Shown: one piece after another, positions 27,443 to 37,345 of the stretch
Layout: every line of letters starts with the position of its first letter
How positions within the stretch are numbered: the first letter of the stretch is position 1
From: a bacterium
Lineage (GTDB): Bacteria > Patescibacteriota > Minisyncoccia > Phycocordibacterales > SBAW01
DNA length: 64,000 nt
Assembly (NCBI GenBank): GCA_005239955.1
Contig: SBAW01000011.1
Span: 6,924 to 70,923 of the forward strand
Direction of reading: 5' to 3'
Program-made: the position numbers and the translations under genes
Notes under the pieces: model-generated
Database searches by the model: none
The model's input: only the letters and a program-made list of their open reading frames with translations
Told to the model about the DNA's origin: nothing

Positions 27443-27850
27443 ATGGCAACACTCAATCAACTCGTACGGAAGGGACGCAGGTTGGTCCCGACCAAATCAA
27501 AAGCGGTGGCTCTTAGCCGCGGTTTTAACGTGCTTACCAACCGCCCGACGTTTTACCCTAGCCCCTTTAAGCGTGGGGTCTGTACGAAGGTAACAACCAC
27601 AACTCCCCGCAAACCAAACTCTGCTATTCGAAAAATTGCTCGTGTCCGCCTCACCAATGGTCAAGAAATCACGGCCTACATTCCGGGCATTGGGCACAAC
27701 CTTCAGGAACACTCGGTCGTCGTCGTGCGCGGTGGTCGCGTGAAGGATATTAACGTTCGCTACCAAATCGTTCGCGGCAAACTGGACGCCGCACCTGTTG
27801 AGAACCGCAAGAAGGGTCGCAGCAATTACGGCGTGAAAAGAGCTAAATAG
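27443..27850 (+). CDS. rpsL: 30S ribosomal protein S12
   Basis: [30 protein letters not shown]. Confidence 0.98.
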   Translation: MATLNQLVRKGRRLVPTKSKAVALSRGFNVLTNRPTFYPSPFKRGVCTKVTTTTPRKPNSAIRKIARVRLTNGQEITAYIPGIGHNLQEHSVVVVRGGRVKDINVRYQIVRGKLDAAPVENRKKGRSNYGVKRAK

Positions 27851-27853
27851 CCC

Positions 27854-28330
27854 ATGCGACGCAAACTCAAAGAAAAAGAAAAGCGACGCGCCGAGCCTGA
27901 CTTTAAATACGGCTCCGACAAGCTCGAGAAATTTATTAATACCGTCATGAAAGACGGCAAAAAGCACACCGCGCGCATGGTGGTGTATCGCGCACTCGAC
28001 TCTATTAAAGAGAAAGAGAAAACAGAAAATCCGATCGAGGTATTTGATAATGCGCTCAAAAATGTGGGGCCGGTCATGGAAGTTCGCTCACGCCGTGTTG
28101 GTGGCGCAAACTATCAGGTGCCACGCGAAGTGCGCCCCGAGCGTCGCCAAGCCCTTTCCATGAAATGGATTATTGACGCCGCATTCGCAAAGAAAGGTGT
28201 CCCCATGCACGAGCGTCTGGCAGAAGAACTTATCGCCGCCAGCAAAAACGAAGGGGTGGCAGTCAAGAAACGCGAGGATACGCACAAGATGGCAGAGTCA
28301 AACAAAGCTTTTGCGCACTTTGCGTGGTAG
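27854..28330 (+). CDS. rpsG: 30S ribosomal protein S7
   Basis: SRRVGGANYQVP, HKMAESNKAFAHF. Confidence 0.98.
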   Translation: MRRKLKEKEKRRAEPDFKYGSDKLEKFINTVMKDGKKHTARMVVYRALDSIKEKEKTENPIEVFDNALKNVGPVMEVRSRRVGGANYQVPREVRPERRQALSMKWIIDAAFAKKGVPMHERLAEELIAASKNEGVAVKKREDTHKMAESNKAFAHFAW

Positions 28331-28336
28331 TTATCT

Positions 28337-30484
28337 ATGGAGCGTGATTATCCTCTTGAACGAGTAAGGAATTTCGGCATTATCGCCCACATCGACGCGG
28401 GGAAGACGACGACGTCTGAGCGCGTTCTTTTCTATACCGGCATGACCCATAAGATCGGCGAGGTCCATGAAGGTGAGACGGTGACCGACTGGATGGAGCA
28501 GGAGCGCGAGCGCGGCATTACGATTACTGCCGCTGCCATTACCTGTTTTTGGACACCGACCTATGAAGCCAATAAGACCGACAAGAGCAAAAAATATCGC
28601 TTCAATATTATCGATACTCCCGGACACATCGACTTTACCGTTGAAGTAAAACGCTCACTTCGGGTGCTCGACGGGGCGGTGGTGGTGTTTGACGGCGTTG
28701 CGGGTGTTGAGCCACAGTCGGAAACGAACTGGCGCTACGCCGACGAAGCGCAGGTGCCACGCATCTGCTTCATCAACAAGCTTGACCGCACGGGCGCCTC
28801 ATTTGAAAAATCCTACGCCTCAATTCTTGACCGCCTTTCCAAATACGCGGTTCGCCTCCAGATTCCGATTGGCGCCGAAGACAAACTTGAAGGCGTTATT
28901 GATCTTTTGACGCGCAAAGCCTACAAATTTGAAGGAAACATGGGCCAAGAAGTAATACCCTACGACGTTCCGGAATCCCACAAAGCCGAAATGGAGAAAT
29001 ATCGTGCGGAACTTGTCGAAAAAATTGTCGAACACGACGACAAGATGATGAACGAGTACCTCGAGGGCAAGGAAGCGTCGGTTGAAGATCTCAAAAAAAT
29101 TCTTCGCAAAGCAGTTATCGCCAACAAGATTTTCCCGGTCATGACCGGCTCCGCGCTCAAAAACAAAGGCGTGCAGCTCGTTTTGGATGCGGTTGTCGAC
29201 TACCTGCCGAGCCCGCTTGATATTGCCGCAGTCAAAGGTACTGATCCCAAGACCGGTCTCCAGATTGAGCGCCATCCGTCGGATTCGGAACCTTTTGCGG
29301 CACTTGCCTTTAAACTCCAAGCGGATCCTTTTGTCGGACAGCTTACCTTCTTCCGTGTGTACTCCGGAACGGTAGAGGCGGGAAGCTATATCTACAACGC
29401 CACAACCGGAAGCAAAGAGCGTCTCGGCCGCATCGTGCGCCTTCAAGCTGATAAGCGCGAAGAAGTGAAGAAAGTATTTGCGGGAGAAATTGCTGCCGCG
29501 GTTGGCCTTAAGGACACCCGTACGTCGCACACCCTCTGCGATGAAAACAAACCGATTGTGCTCGAGCAGATTAAATTCCCCGAGCCGGTTATCTCAATGC
29601 GCATTGAGCCCAAGACCAAGGCCGACCAAGAGCGTATGGGCATGGCAATGAAAAAACTTGCTGACGAAGATCCCACTTTTAAAGTTTCAACGGATCAAGA
29701 AACTGCCGAGACCTTGATTGCGGGAATGGGTGAGCTCCACCTCGAGATCATTGTCGACCGTATGAAGCGTGAGTTTAACGTCGAGGCGAACGTCGGGAAA
29801 CCTCAAGTTGCCTACCGTGAGACCATTCAAGGTACTGCGGAGGCGGAAGGAAAGTACATCAAGCAAACCGGCGGGCGCGGCCAGTACGGCCATGTGCGCA
29901 TTCGCATGAAGCCGCTTGAACCAGTGGTAGAAGGAAAGAAAATTGCGAAGAATACGACGCGCGAAGACCACTTCGAATTCATCAACAGCATTAAAGGTGG
30001 CGTGGTCCCGCAGGAATTCATTCCCGCCGTTGAAAAAGGAGTGCGTGAAGCCATGGAGCGCGGCATTGTGGCGGGCTTTAAGATGGTCGATATTTCAATC
30101 GAACTTTACGACGGCTCCTACCACGACGTCGACTCCTCTGAAATCGCCTTTAAGATCGCAGCGTCAATGGCGTTTCAAGATGCTGCTAAAGCGTCGCGCC
30201 CCGTTCTCCTTGAGCCCATTATGAAAGTTGAGATTGTCACACCCGAAAAATTCATGGGGGATGTGAACGGCTCCATTAACGGGAAACGTGGCCTTATTGA
30301 AGGTATGGAAGAGCGCGGACTTGCCCGTGCCATTAAGGCGAAAGTTCCGCTCTCTGAAATGTTCGGCTACACGACGCAACTCCGGAGTATGACCGAGGGC
30401 CGAGCCTCCTTCACCATGGAATTTGACCACTACGAGGTTGTACCACCCAATGTGGCAAAAGATATTATTGAGTCTCGAAAGTAA
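28337..30484 (+). CDS. fusA: Elongation factor G
   Basis: [35 protein letters not shown]. Confidence 0.98.
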   Translation: MERDYPLERVRNFGIIAHIDAGKTTTSERVLFYTGMTHKIGEVHEGETVTDWMEQERERGITITAAAITCFWTPTYEANKTDKSKKYRFNIIDTPGHIDFTVEVKRSLRVLDGAVVVFDGVAGVEPQSETNWRYADEAQVPRICFINKLDRTGASFEKSYASILDRLSKYAVRLQIPIGAEDKLEGVIDLLTRKAYKFEGNMGQEVIPYDVPESHKAEMEKYRAELVEKIVEHDDKMMNEYLEGKEASVEDLKKILRKAVIANKIFPVMTGSALKNKGVQLVLDAVVDYLPSPLDIAAVKGTDPKTGLQIERHPSDSEPFAALAFKLQADPFVGQLTFFRVYSGTVEAGSYIYNATTGSKERLGRIVRLQADKREEVKKVFAGEIAAAVGLKDTRTSHTLCDENKPIVLEQIKFPEPVISMRIEPKTKADQERMGMAMKKLADEDPTFKVSTDQETAETLIAGMGELHLEIIVDRMKREFNVEANVGKPQVAYRETIQGTAEAEGKYIKQTGGRGQYGHVRIRMKPLEPVVEGKKIAKNTTREDHFEFINSIKGGVVPQEFIPAVEKGVREAMERGIVAGFKMVDISIELYDGSYHDVDSSEIAFKIAASMAFQDAAKASRPVLLEPIMKVEIVTPEKFMGDVNGSINGKRGLIEGMEERGLARAIKAKVPLSEMFGYTTQLRSMTEGRASFTMEFDHYEVVPPNVAKDIIESRK

Positions 30485-30500
30485 TCAGGGTACCCTGTTG

Positions 30501-30578
30501 CCGAACGCCTGCCCCGTAGTAAGTCCGAAGGATTTTCCTACTGGGGTCGCGAAGGAAATCATTGAGTCTCGCAAATAA
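30501..30578 (+). pseudogene. Relic fusA 3' end with a 39-bp palindromic insertion (30508-30546)
   Basis: CCG AAC G|TC GCG AAG GAA ATC ATT GAG TCT CGC AAA TAA = PNVAKEIIESRK* versus intact [12 protein letters not shown]. Confidence 0.75.
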
Positions 30579-30735
30579 GAATATCCTCGCTGCCGGCACG
30601 GGAATATTCTTTTTGCCGTCGCTCGCTCGAAAAAGAACACGGGTGCTCTTTTCCCTCGCTTCACTAGGCAATAGTCTTTGACTTCAGGGAGTAAAGCGCT
30701 TCAATAGAGAAAGTGGGCAACCGGAGGAGGCGACT

Positions 30736-31254
30736 ATGTACGCCGCAAATCCGCTTTCTACAATTGTCGCGACCCTCAAACAGGTGTGGGACATCGCCCC
30801 CTCGCAGTGGGGGGAGACGCGGTTTGTTTCAGAGTTCAGCGGCAGGTGGGGTGAGTTCTACACGCTTGAAGCAAGTTGGTACCAGTATTTCGCAGACAAA
30901 AAGAAGGGCCGACTTGTCCTCGAATACTACCTCCCGTTCTGTCTCATGCCGCGGAGCGATTCCGCGAAGATTGCACGCTTCATGCGGGTCATGAACGAAG
31001 GGGTGCGTCGCTACAAACTCATGACACTGGCTTTTCGGACGGCGCGCCGGCAATTCTGTTTTTCGCGAGAGCGTGAGACTGAGGCGCCTTATGTGGAAGG
31101 GCCAAGCGAAAGCGTGAAAGAGTCGCTGTACCACGAGATATGCTTTACGCAGCTCTCTTACCCCTTGTGGACGAGATTTCTCCGGGAGGAAGAACTTGTT
31201 GCGGCCTTCGTCGATTTCGCCTATATGGCGGCGGCAAGCGACTACAATATGTGA
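30736..31254 (+). CDS. Hypothetical orphan protein
   Basis: SD GGAGGAGG; 172 aa; followed by ACCCGGCCGC/GCGGCCGGGT hairpin 31262-31287. Confidence 0.6.
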   Translation: MYAANPLSTIVATLKQVWDIAPSQWGETRFVSEFSGRWGEFYTLEASWYQYFADKKKGRLVLEYYLPFCLMPRSDSAKIARFMRVMNEGVRRYKLMTLAFRTARRQFCFSRERETEAPYVEGPSESVKESLYHEICFTQLSYPLWTRFLREEELVAAFVDFAYMAAASDYNM

Positions 31255-31381
31255 AGGAAGAACCCGGCCGCTGCCAAGCGGCCGGGTCTTCGCGTTTGTT
31301 GACACGTCGCGGAAAGAGTGTAGAACAATGATTAGAGAATTGCGCGCAGAAACAGTTTTTGAAAGGGAAGGAACCCCGACC

Positions 31382-31768
31382 ATGACAGCCACTACAGTGC
31401 CGTTCGGCTTCGACTACCTCGCCGCTTTCGACGCGGCGAAGGACGCTTTGCGGCGAACGCTCGGTGACCTCGGCCCGCGCACCAGAGCGATCCTCAATGC
31501 CGGGGCTGGCGACTACCAGATGGTTTTCGCTGCGGCGGCCGAGGAATCGCCAGACACCATGGTCGCTTCGATCGAGGCGACCAATGCTGACGAACGTGCC
31601 GAGTGGGCGTACTGGGGAGCTCGTTTTCTTCGCCCCGGCCCGCTTCGCGACCGACTCCTCACCGTCATCGCCAGGTCCCCCAGTCCGATGGTGAAATGGT
31701 GGGCATTGACGACGATCGACGGCATCTCCCCCGAGATTGCGGCCCTGTTCCAGAAAGAGGCCCGCTGA
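31382..31768 (+). CDS. Hypothetical orphan protein (alternative start 31328)
   Basis: SD-like GGGAAGGA; followed by ATGACCCGGCCGC/GCGGCCGGGTCAT hairpin 31774-31804. Confidence 0.55.
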   Translation: MTATTVPFGFDYLAAFDAAKDALRRTLGDLGPRTRAILNAGAGDYQMVFAAAAEESPDTMVASIEATNADERAEWAYWGARFLRPGPLRDRLLTVIARSPSPMVKWWALTTIDGISPEIAALFQKEAR

Positions 31769-31825
31769 AAGGAATGACCCGGCCGCACCCTGCGGCCGGG
31801 TCATGATACTTTTCGCCTTCATTCA

Positions 31826-32005
31826 TTGACTGTTTTTAACCTTCGCAGTAGGATAACTGCTACGCAGAAATGCGTCGTTTTTATTCTGGGATAGTCCTCC
31901 CGAATAAAAACCATCTGTGCGAGCATCGACAGGGGGTGCACGCAAAATTATTTATAACGATTATAAAAAACGGAGACGTCCCTGGTCCGCTCCGGAAGAA
32001 TTATT
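31826..32005 (+). promoter_or_regulatory. tuf promoter and structured 5' leader
   Basis: TTGACT-17 nt-TAGGAT (31826/31849); several hairpins before ATG. Confidence 0.6.
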
Positions 32006-33196
32006 ATGGCAACATTTGATCGCAGTAAGCCCCACGTCAACGTCGGCACTATTGGTCACGTCGACCACGGCAAGACGACGCTCACGGCAGCAATTCTTAA
32101 TGTGCTTAACCTCGCTGGTCAGGAGGTGAAGCTCAAAAAAGTCGACGAGATCGACAGCGCACCGGAAGAGAAGGCACGCGGTATTACGATTGCGCTCTCG
32201 CACAACGAATACTCAACAGCAAATCGTCACTACGCACACATTGACGCACCGGGACATGCGGACTACATCAAAAACATGATCACCGGTGCCGCACAGATGG
32301 ACGGCGCAATCCTCGTGGTCGCGGCAACTGACGGCGTCATGCCCCAGACCCGCGAGCACATTCTCCTCGCCAAGCAAGTTGGCGTTCCAAAAGTCATCGT
32401 CTTCCTCAACAAGGTAGACATGGTTGACGACAAAGACCTCGTGGACCTCGTTGAAGAGGAAGTCCGCGAACTCCTCACGAAGCAAGGCTACGACGGCAAA
32501 GAAGCCCCGGTTATTCGCGGCTCAGGGCTTAAGGCCCTTGAAGCAAAAGACGTCAACGATGAGTGGGCGAAGAAAGTCCTCGAGCTTGCCAAAGCACTCG
32601 ATGAATACATTCCGCTTCCGCAGCGCGAAACCGACAAGCCCTTCATCATGCCAATTGAAGACATCTTCTCGATTGAAGGTCGTGGCACTGTTGTGACCGG
32701 CCGTATTGAGCGCGGCAAGGTGAAAGTCGGTGAGGAAGTTGAAATTGTTGGCCTGAAGCCTACCGCAAAGACCACCATCACCGGTATCGAAATGTTCAAC
32801 AAGCAGCTTGACGAAGGCCTCGCTGGCGACAACGCAGGCATCCTTCTTCGCGGTACCAAGAAAGAAGACGTCACCCGCGGCCAAGTTATCGCAAAACCTG
32901 GCTCCGTCACTCCTCACACTGATTTTGAGTCGGAAGTCTACATCCTCAACAAAGACGAAGGCGGCCGTCACACGCCGTTCTTCACCGGCTACAAGCCGCA
33001 ATTCTACGTCCGCACCACCGACGTGACCGGCGAAGTAACCCTTCCTACGGGAACCGAGATGGTTATGCCGGGCGATACGATTACCTTCAAGGTAAAGCTC
33101 GTTGCTCCGGTTGCACTTGAAGAGAAGCAGCGCTTCGCGATCCGCGAGGGCGGCAAGACCGTTGGCGCGGGTGTGGTTACGAAAATTGTGGCGTAG
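32006..33196 (+). CDS. tuf: Elongation factor Tu
   Basis: [33 protein letters not shown]. Confidence 0.99.
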   Translation: MATFDRSKPHVNVGTIGHVDHGKTTLTAAILNVLNLAGQEVKLKKVDEIDSAPEEKARGITIALSHNEYSTANRHYAHIDAPGHADYIKNMITGAAQMDGAILVVAATDGVMPQTREHILLAKQVGVPKVIVFLNKVDMVDDKDLVDLVEEEVRELLTKQGYDGKEAPVIRGSGLKALEAKDVNDEWAKKVLELAKALDEYIPLPQRETDKPFIMPIEDIFSIEGRGTVVTGRIERGKVKVGEEVEIVGLKPTAKTTITGIEMFNKQLDEGLAGDNAGILLRGTKKEDVTRGQVIAKPGSVTPHTDFESEVYILNKDEGGRHTPFFTGYKPQFYVRTTDVTGEVTLPTGTEMVMPGDTITFKVKLVAPVALEEKQRFAIREGGKTVGAGVVTKIVA

Positions 33197-33322
33197 AATC
33201 TTGTGAGCGTAGCGAGTTAGATTCCTACGCCACCCTGTTAAATCCCGCCTTCAGCGGGTCGGCCAAAGGCCGAATTTAACAGGGTGAGATTCCTCAGTCA
33301 CCTCGTTCCTTCGAAATCTCAT
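33188..33322 (-). mobile_element. Gene-less inverted copy of the GIY-YIG element
   Basis: CACCCTGTTAAAT (33231-33243) / ATTTAACAGGGTG (33274-33286) around 30 bp; flanking hairpins align with hairpins B and A of 27071-27439. Confidence 0.7.
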
Positions 33323-33707
33323 GGTCACTAAAGAAAAAACAAAGCCAGTAAAAAAGACTATCGCACCAAAGCGTAAAGCTGCGGTAGCGAAAGAAGAGCC
33401 AGTCCAGAAGCTGCGCATCAAAGTCCGTGCGTACGAGCACAAAATTCTCGACGCCTCGGTGCGCCAGATTATGGACACCGCGCTTCGCTATGACGCCACG
33501 ATTGTGGGGCCGGTGCCGCTTCCAACTGAAATCAAAAAATATACCGTCAACCGCTCGGCATTTATCTATAAAGATGCACGCGAGCAGTTCGAGATGCGCG
33601 TCCATAAACGTGTTATCGACATCGTAAATCCTGCCCCCAAGGTCATTGAAGCGCTGACCAATTTGTCACTGCCTTCTGGTGTCACTATCGACGTCAAGAT
33701 GATGTAG
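33321..33707 (+). CDS. rpsJ: 30S ribosomal protein S10
   Basis: [32 protein letters not shown]; Lys-rich N-terminal extension. Confidence 0.97.
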   Translation: MVTKEKTKPVKKTIAPKRKAAVAKEEPVQKLRIKVRAYEHKILDASVRQIMDTALRYDATIVGPVPLPTEIKKYTVNRSAFIYKDAREQFEMRVHKRVIDIVNPAPKVIEALTNLSLPSGVTIDVKMM

Positions 33708-33730
33708 AAGTGGCAAGCAGCGGGAATGCG

Positions 33731-33763
33731 AAAAACTGCCCATCATAAATGGGCAGTTTTTTG
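33731..33763 (+). terminator. Intrinsic terminator after rpsJ
   Basis: AAAAACTGCCCAT-CATAA-ATGGGCAGTTTTTT. Confidence 0.8.
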
Positions 33764-33769
33764 TTATGG

Positions 33770-33997
33770 AAATGAAATCCTGTGGAAATCGTTGAGAAAT
33801 GCCAATCTGAACCGAATCTAGATGCCATTGGGGGGCGATGGCAAAAGGACATCAAATCAGAGGACCTCCTTGCTTTTATTAATCCAATCCAGTAAGGTGT
33901 TTCCACGCTACGTTCCGCCGGAATACCGGAGAGGAACCAATGGCATGAATCCTCGAATTGAAGCGAGGACGCGCCATTGATGGCGCAATTTTCATTT
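33770..33997 (+). ncRNA. Candidate multi-branch structured RNA upstream of rplC
   Basis: Closing helix AAATGAAA/TTTCATTT; GTGGAAAT/GTTTCCAC; GTTCC/GGAAC; CAATGGC/GCCATTG enclosing TCCTCG/CGAGGA. Confidence 0.55.
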
Positions 33998-34002
33998 AAA
34001 CC

Positions 34003-34614
34003 GTGAAGTTTATCCTCGGCACAAAGGAATACATGACGCAGATCTTCGATAAGGAAGGTCGTGTTCACGCAGCTACGGTCATTGCCGCAGGCCCGCTTGT
34101 CGTGACGCAGGTCAAATCGAAAGATAAGGACGGCTACGAGGCGGTCCAGGTTGGTTTTGGGGAGCGCAAACTCACGCGTATCAATAAAGCGCAGCAGGGA
34201 CACAATAAAGATCTCGGCAATTTCCGCTTCACACGAGAATTCCGCACCCTTCCCGCAAACACCGAGCGTGGCACAAAAATTGATGTTTCAGCATTTGCGC
34301 CAGGTGACGTGGTTACCGTCTCCTCAATTTCAAAAGGCAAGGGATTCCAAGGTGTGGTGAAGCGCCACAAATTTAAAGGCGATTCTCGCACGCACGGCCG
34401 CAAACATTCTGAGCGCGCCCCAGGATCAATTGGCGGCGGCGGACGTGCCGGTGGTCGCGTTATTAAAGGCATGCGCATGGCCGGCCGCATGGGTGGTGAG
34501 CGTGTGACAGTGAAGAATCTCAAAGTACTTCAGGTTGACTCGGCACAGCATCTTTTGGTAATCAAAGGAGCAATTCCTGGTCGCCAAGGAACGCTCGTCG
34601 AAGTTGTTGCATAA
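34003..34614 (+). CDS. rplC: 50S ribosomal protein L3
   Basis: DGYEAVQVG, SKGKGFQGVVKRH, MAGRMG; GTG start. Confidence 0.97.
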   Translation: MKFILGTKEYMTQIFDKEGRVHAATVIAAGPLVVTQVKSKDKDGYEAVQVGFGERKLTRINKAQQGHNKDLGNFRFTREFRTLPANTERGTKIDVSAFAPGDVVTVSSISKGKGFQGVVKRHKFKGDSRTHGRKHSERAPGSIGGGGRAGGRVIKGMRMAGRMGGERVTVKNLKVLQVDSAQHLLVIKGAIPGRQGTLVEVVA

Positions 34615-34635
34615 CGCGGTACGGAGTAACGAATT

Positions 34636-35298
34636 ATGGAAGCCAAAATTTACAACACAAAAGGTTCGGCGGTCGGGGAAGTGAAGCTTCCTGACTCGGT
34701 CTTTGGCGTGGCGTTTAAATCTGACGTCGTACATCAAGTGGTGATGGCCATTCGCGAAAATATGCGCCCGGCTGTGGCGCACACTAAAGACCGCGGTGAG
34801 GTTCGCGGTGGCGGCCGAAAGCCATGGCAGCAAAAAGGTACCGGTCGCGCACGCCACGGCTCATCTCGCTCCCCAATTTGGGTAGGCGGCGGTATCACCC
34901 ACGGGCCTCGAAGCGAAAAGCGCTATGCACACAAAGCAAATCGCTCCATGAAAGCGAAAGCATTGGCGATGGTGCTTTCACGAAAGATGAAAGACGGTGA
35001 GATGCTCTTTGTTGACGAACTCATCATTGGTACTCCGAAGACCAAAGACGCCAAAGCGGCACTCCTCGGCCTCGGAAAAATCAAAGGCTACGAGGGAGTT
35101 GCAACAAAGACACGTAATGCCACTCTCATTGCCGTACCGACGCGCACCCCAGCACTCGTTAAAAGTTTTCAGAATTTCGGCAACGTTGCGGTTGAAGAAG
35201 TCCGTAACCTCAACCCTCTTGACGTCCTCACTTACCGCCACGTGGTGGTTGTCGACCCCGAAAAATCAGTCGAGATGCTTGCGTCTCGCATGAATTAA
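34636..35298 (+). CDS. rplD: 50S ribosomal protein L4
   Basis: GGGRKPWQQKGTGRARHGS. Confidence 0.97.
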   Translation: MEAKIYNTKGSAVGEVKLPDSVFGVAFKSDVVHQVVMAIRENMRPAVAHTKDRGEVRGGGRKPWQQKGTGRARHGSSRSPIWVGGGITHGPRSEKRYAHKANRSMKAKALAMVLSRKMKDGEMLFVDELIIGTPKTKDAKAALLGLGKIKGYEGVATKTRNATLIAVPTRTPALVKSFQNFGNVAVEEVRNLNPLDVLTYRHVVVVDPEKSVEMLASRMN

Positions 35299-35303
35299 CT
35301 ACC

Positions 35304-35717
35304 ATGGCGCTTTTCTCAAGAAAAAAGAAAGAAACTACTGCTCAAGCTACTGTTGCTCCCGCTAAGGTAGCAAAGAAGGAAGAGAAGGTAGACACAAAGG
35401 AAGCAAAGATTTCCAAAGCCTTGGTGGTTCGCAAACGCGGACTCGACTCAGTGCTTCTCTCGCCGCGCATTACAGAGAAGGCAACGGGGGGAAACGCCAT
35501 TGGGTGCTATGTTTTCGATATTCCCCGCGGGGCTGGAAAGCGTGATGTCCGTGAAGCTGTTATCGCGCGCTATGGGGTGACTCCGCGACAAATCCGCACA
35601 ACGAAAGTAATGGCAAAGAATGTCCTGACACGCGGTTCCCGCAAATCGGGAGTTAAAGCAGGCGGAAAGAAAGCGTACGTGTACCTCAAAGCAGGCGACA
35701 AGATTGAGCTCGTATAA
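35304..35717 (+). CDS. rplW: 50S ribosomal protein L23
   Basis: PRITEKA...KKAYVYLKAG; N-terminal extension. Confidence 0.92.
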   Translation: MALFSRKKKETTAQATVAPAKVAKKEEKVDTKEAKISKALVVRKRGLDSVLLSPRITEKATGGNAIGCYVFDIPRGAGKRDVREAVIARYGVTPRQIRTTKVMAKNVLTRGSRKSGVKAGGKKAYVYLKAGDKIELV

Positions 35718-35745
35718 ATCACAACGTCACAAGATCAGAAAAGAT

Positions 35746-36597
35746 ATGAAACACTTTAAACCATACACCAAGTCTCGCCGGCACATGTCGACCATTGAGT
35801 TCGGCAAGTATCTCTCCGGTGACCGACCGTTTAAGGCGCTCACTGTCGGCGGCAAGCGTGATGTCGGCCGCAATAACGCAGGCCGCATCACCATGCGCCA
35901 CAAAGGGGGTGGTCATAAGCGCCGCAACCGCCTTGTCGACTTTCTGTTTGACAAAAAGGATGTTCCCGCACGCGTTGAGACGATTGAGTACGACCCCAAT
36001 CGCTCTGCATTTATCGCGCTCGTCGTATATCGAGACGGTGAACGCCGCTACGTACTTGTCCCCTCAACTCTCAAAGTCGGTAGCACATTCCTCGTTTCGG
36101 AAAAAGCACCCGTGACTCCCGGCAACCGTCTCCCGCTTCGCAGTATTCCGGTTGGTACCTTCATCTACAACATTGAACTAAAGCCCGGTGGCGGTGCAAA
36201 AATCGGCCGCTCGGCAGGAAACTATGCTGAAGTCGTGGCGCACGATGCGGGGTACGTTGATATCAAACTTCCGTCAACCGAAATTCGAAAAGTTCCCGAG
36301 AATTGCTGGGCATCAGTTGGTACCGTTTCAAACGACGAGCACAAACTCGTCACGATTGGCAAAGCGGGGCGCTCTCGCTGGATGGGCATTCGCCCGACCG
36401 TTCGTGGTTCTGCCATGAACCCCGTTGACCACCCGTACGGCGGTGGAGAAGGGCGTCAAGGACGAGGAACGAGGCGCGCGAAGACCAAGTGGGGCAAGCC
36501 CTCCGGCAAAGGCCAGAAGACACGCCGCCGTAAAAAGTACTCCAACCGCCTTATTGTATCTCGCCGCTGGGTCGGCAAACGCAAACAAGCCCAATAG
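35746..36597 (+). CDS. rplB: 50S ribosomal protein L2
   Basis: GRNNAGRIT, IEYDPNRSA, RPTVRGSAMNPVDHPYGGGEG. Confidence 0.98.
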   Translation: MKHFKPYTKSRRHMSTIEFGKYLSGDRPFKALTVGGKRDVGRNNAGRITMRHKGGGHKRRNRLVDFLFDKKDVPARVETIEYDPNRSAFIALVVYRDGERRYVLVPSTLKVGSTFLVSEKAPVTPGNRLPLRSIPVGTFIYNIELKPGGGAKIGRSAGNYAEVVAHDAGYVDIKLPSTEIRKVPENCWASVGTVSNDEHKLVTIGKAGRSRWMGIRPTVRGSAMNPVDHPYGGGEGRQGRGTRRAKTKWGKPSGKGQKTRRRKKYSNRLIVSRRWVGKRKQAQ

Positions 36598-36615
36598 ACT
36601 TTCGCTCCCGCCTTT

Positions 36616-37345
36616 ATGTGCTCAACCCGGGTTGAGCACATTTAGTGTATGCTGAGAGCGTGACAAAACTTCGCAGTGTAGAGTCGGGAGAGTATTACCA
36701 CCTCTTCAATCGTGGAGCTTTGCGTGGGAATATTTTTCGAGAAAAAAACGATTGGTTGCGTTTTCTTTTTCTTGTTTTGTATAGCCAGTCACCTGTTTCG
36801 TTTAAGAATGTGAAGCGAGTTATTCAACCTACCGCTACCGATGAAGGCTTTGCAGTTCCTCTTGAACAGCAAAGTGAGATTATTGCAAATCGTTTCGTTG
36901 GGCTTACCGCGTTTTGTTTTATGCCAAACCATTTTCATCTCCTTGTGCGACAGATTGAGGACCATGGTATCGCACGGTACATGCAGCGGGTAATTAAAGG
37001 ATACACAGAATATTTCAACACTAAGTACGAGACATCAGGTCATTTGTTCCAAGGCCGATATAAAAGTACGCATGTCTCCGATAACCGTCAGTTACTCTAT
37101 CTCTCTGCGTACATCCATCGAAATTCTCGCGAGCTTCGAAACTGGACAGGAAAGGAAGAACACTACCCTTACTCTTCGTTGCAGGATTATGTTAATAAAA
37201 ATCGTTGGGGAAGCGTCCTTGAAACGGACCTTATTTCTAATCAATTCGACCAATCAGAATCATTAAGTTATCGGGAATTTGTTCGAACCAGCACGGCAAA
37301 AGACTTTAAACGGGAAAATGTGCTCAACCCGGGTTGAGCACATTT
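36616..37345 (+). mobile_element. RAYT/IS200-like Y1 element bounded by identical palindromes
   Basis: ATGTGCTCAACCCGGGTTGAGCACAT at 36616-36641 and 37318-37343. Confidence 0.85.
36660..37337 (+). CDS. Y1 (HUH) tyrosine transposase, RAYT-like
   Basis: [16 protein letters not shown] (HUH), [15 protein letters not shown]; start GTG 36660 or 36645; stop lies inside the right palindrome. Confidence 0.9.
   Translation: MTKLRSVESGEYYHLFNRGALRGNIFREKNDWLRFLFLVLYSQSPVSFKNVKRVIQPTATDEGFAVPLEQQSEIIANRFVGLTAFCFMPNHFHLLVRQIEDHGIARYMQRVIKGYTEYFNTKYETSGHLFQGRYKSTHVSDNRQLLYLSAYIHRNSRELRNWTGKEEHYPYSSLQDYVNKNRWGSVLETDLISNQFDQSESLSYREFVRTSTAKDFKRENVLNPG

Noticed and set aside
31262-31804. Integron attC sites
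   Set aside because: The hairpins are short, perfect and GC-rich, without RYYYAAC/GTTRRRY ends or extrahelical bases, and no integron integrase is present.
33770-33997. T-box, RNase P or SRP RNA
   Set aside because: It lacks the T-box UGGNACC, RNase P GAGGAAAGUCC and SRP helix 8 signatures.
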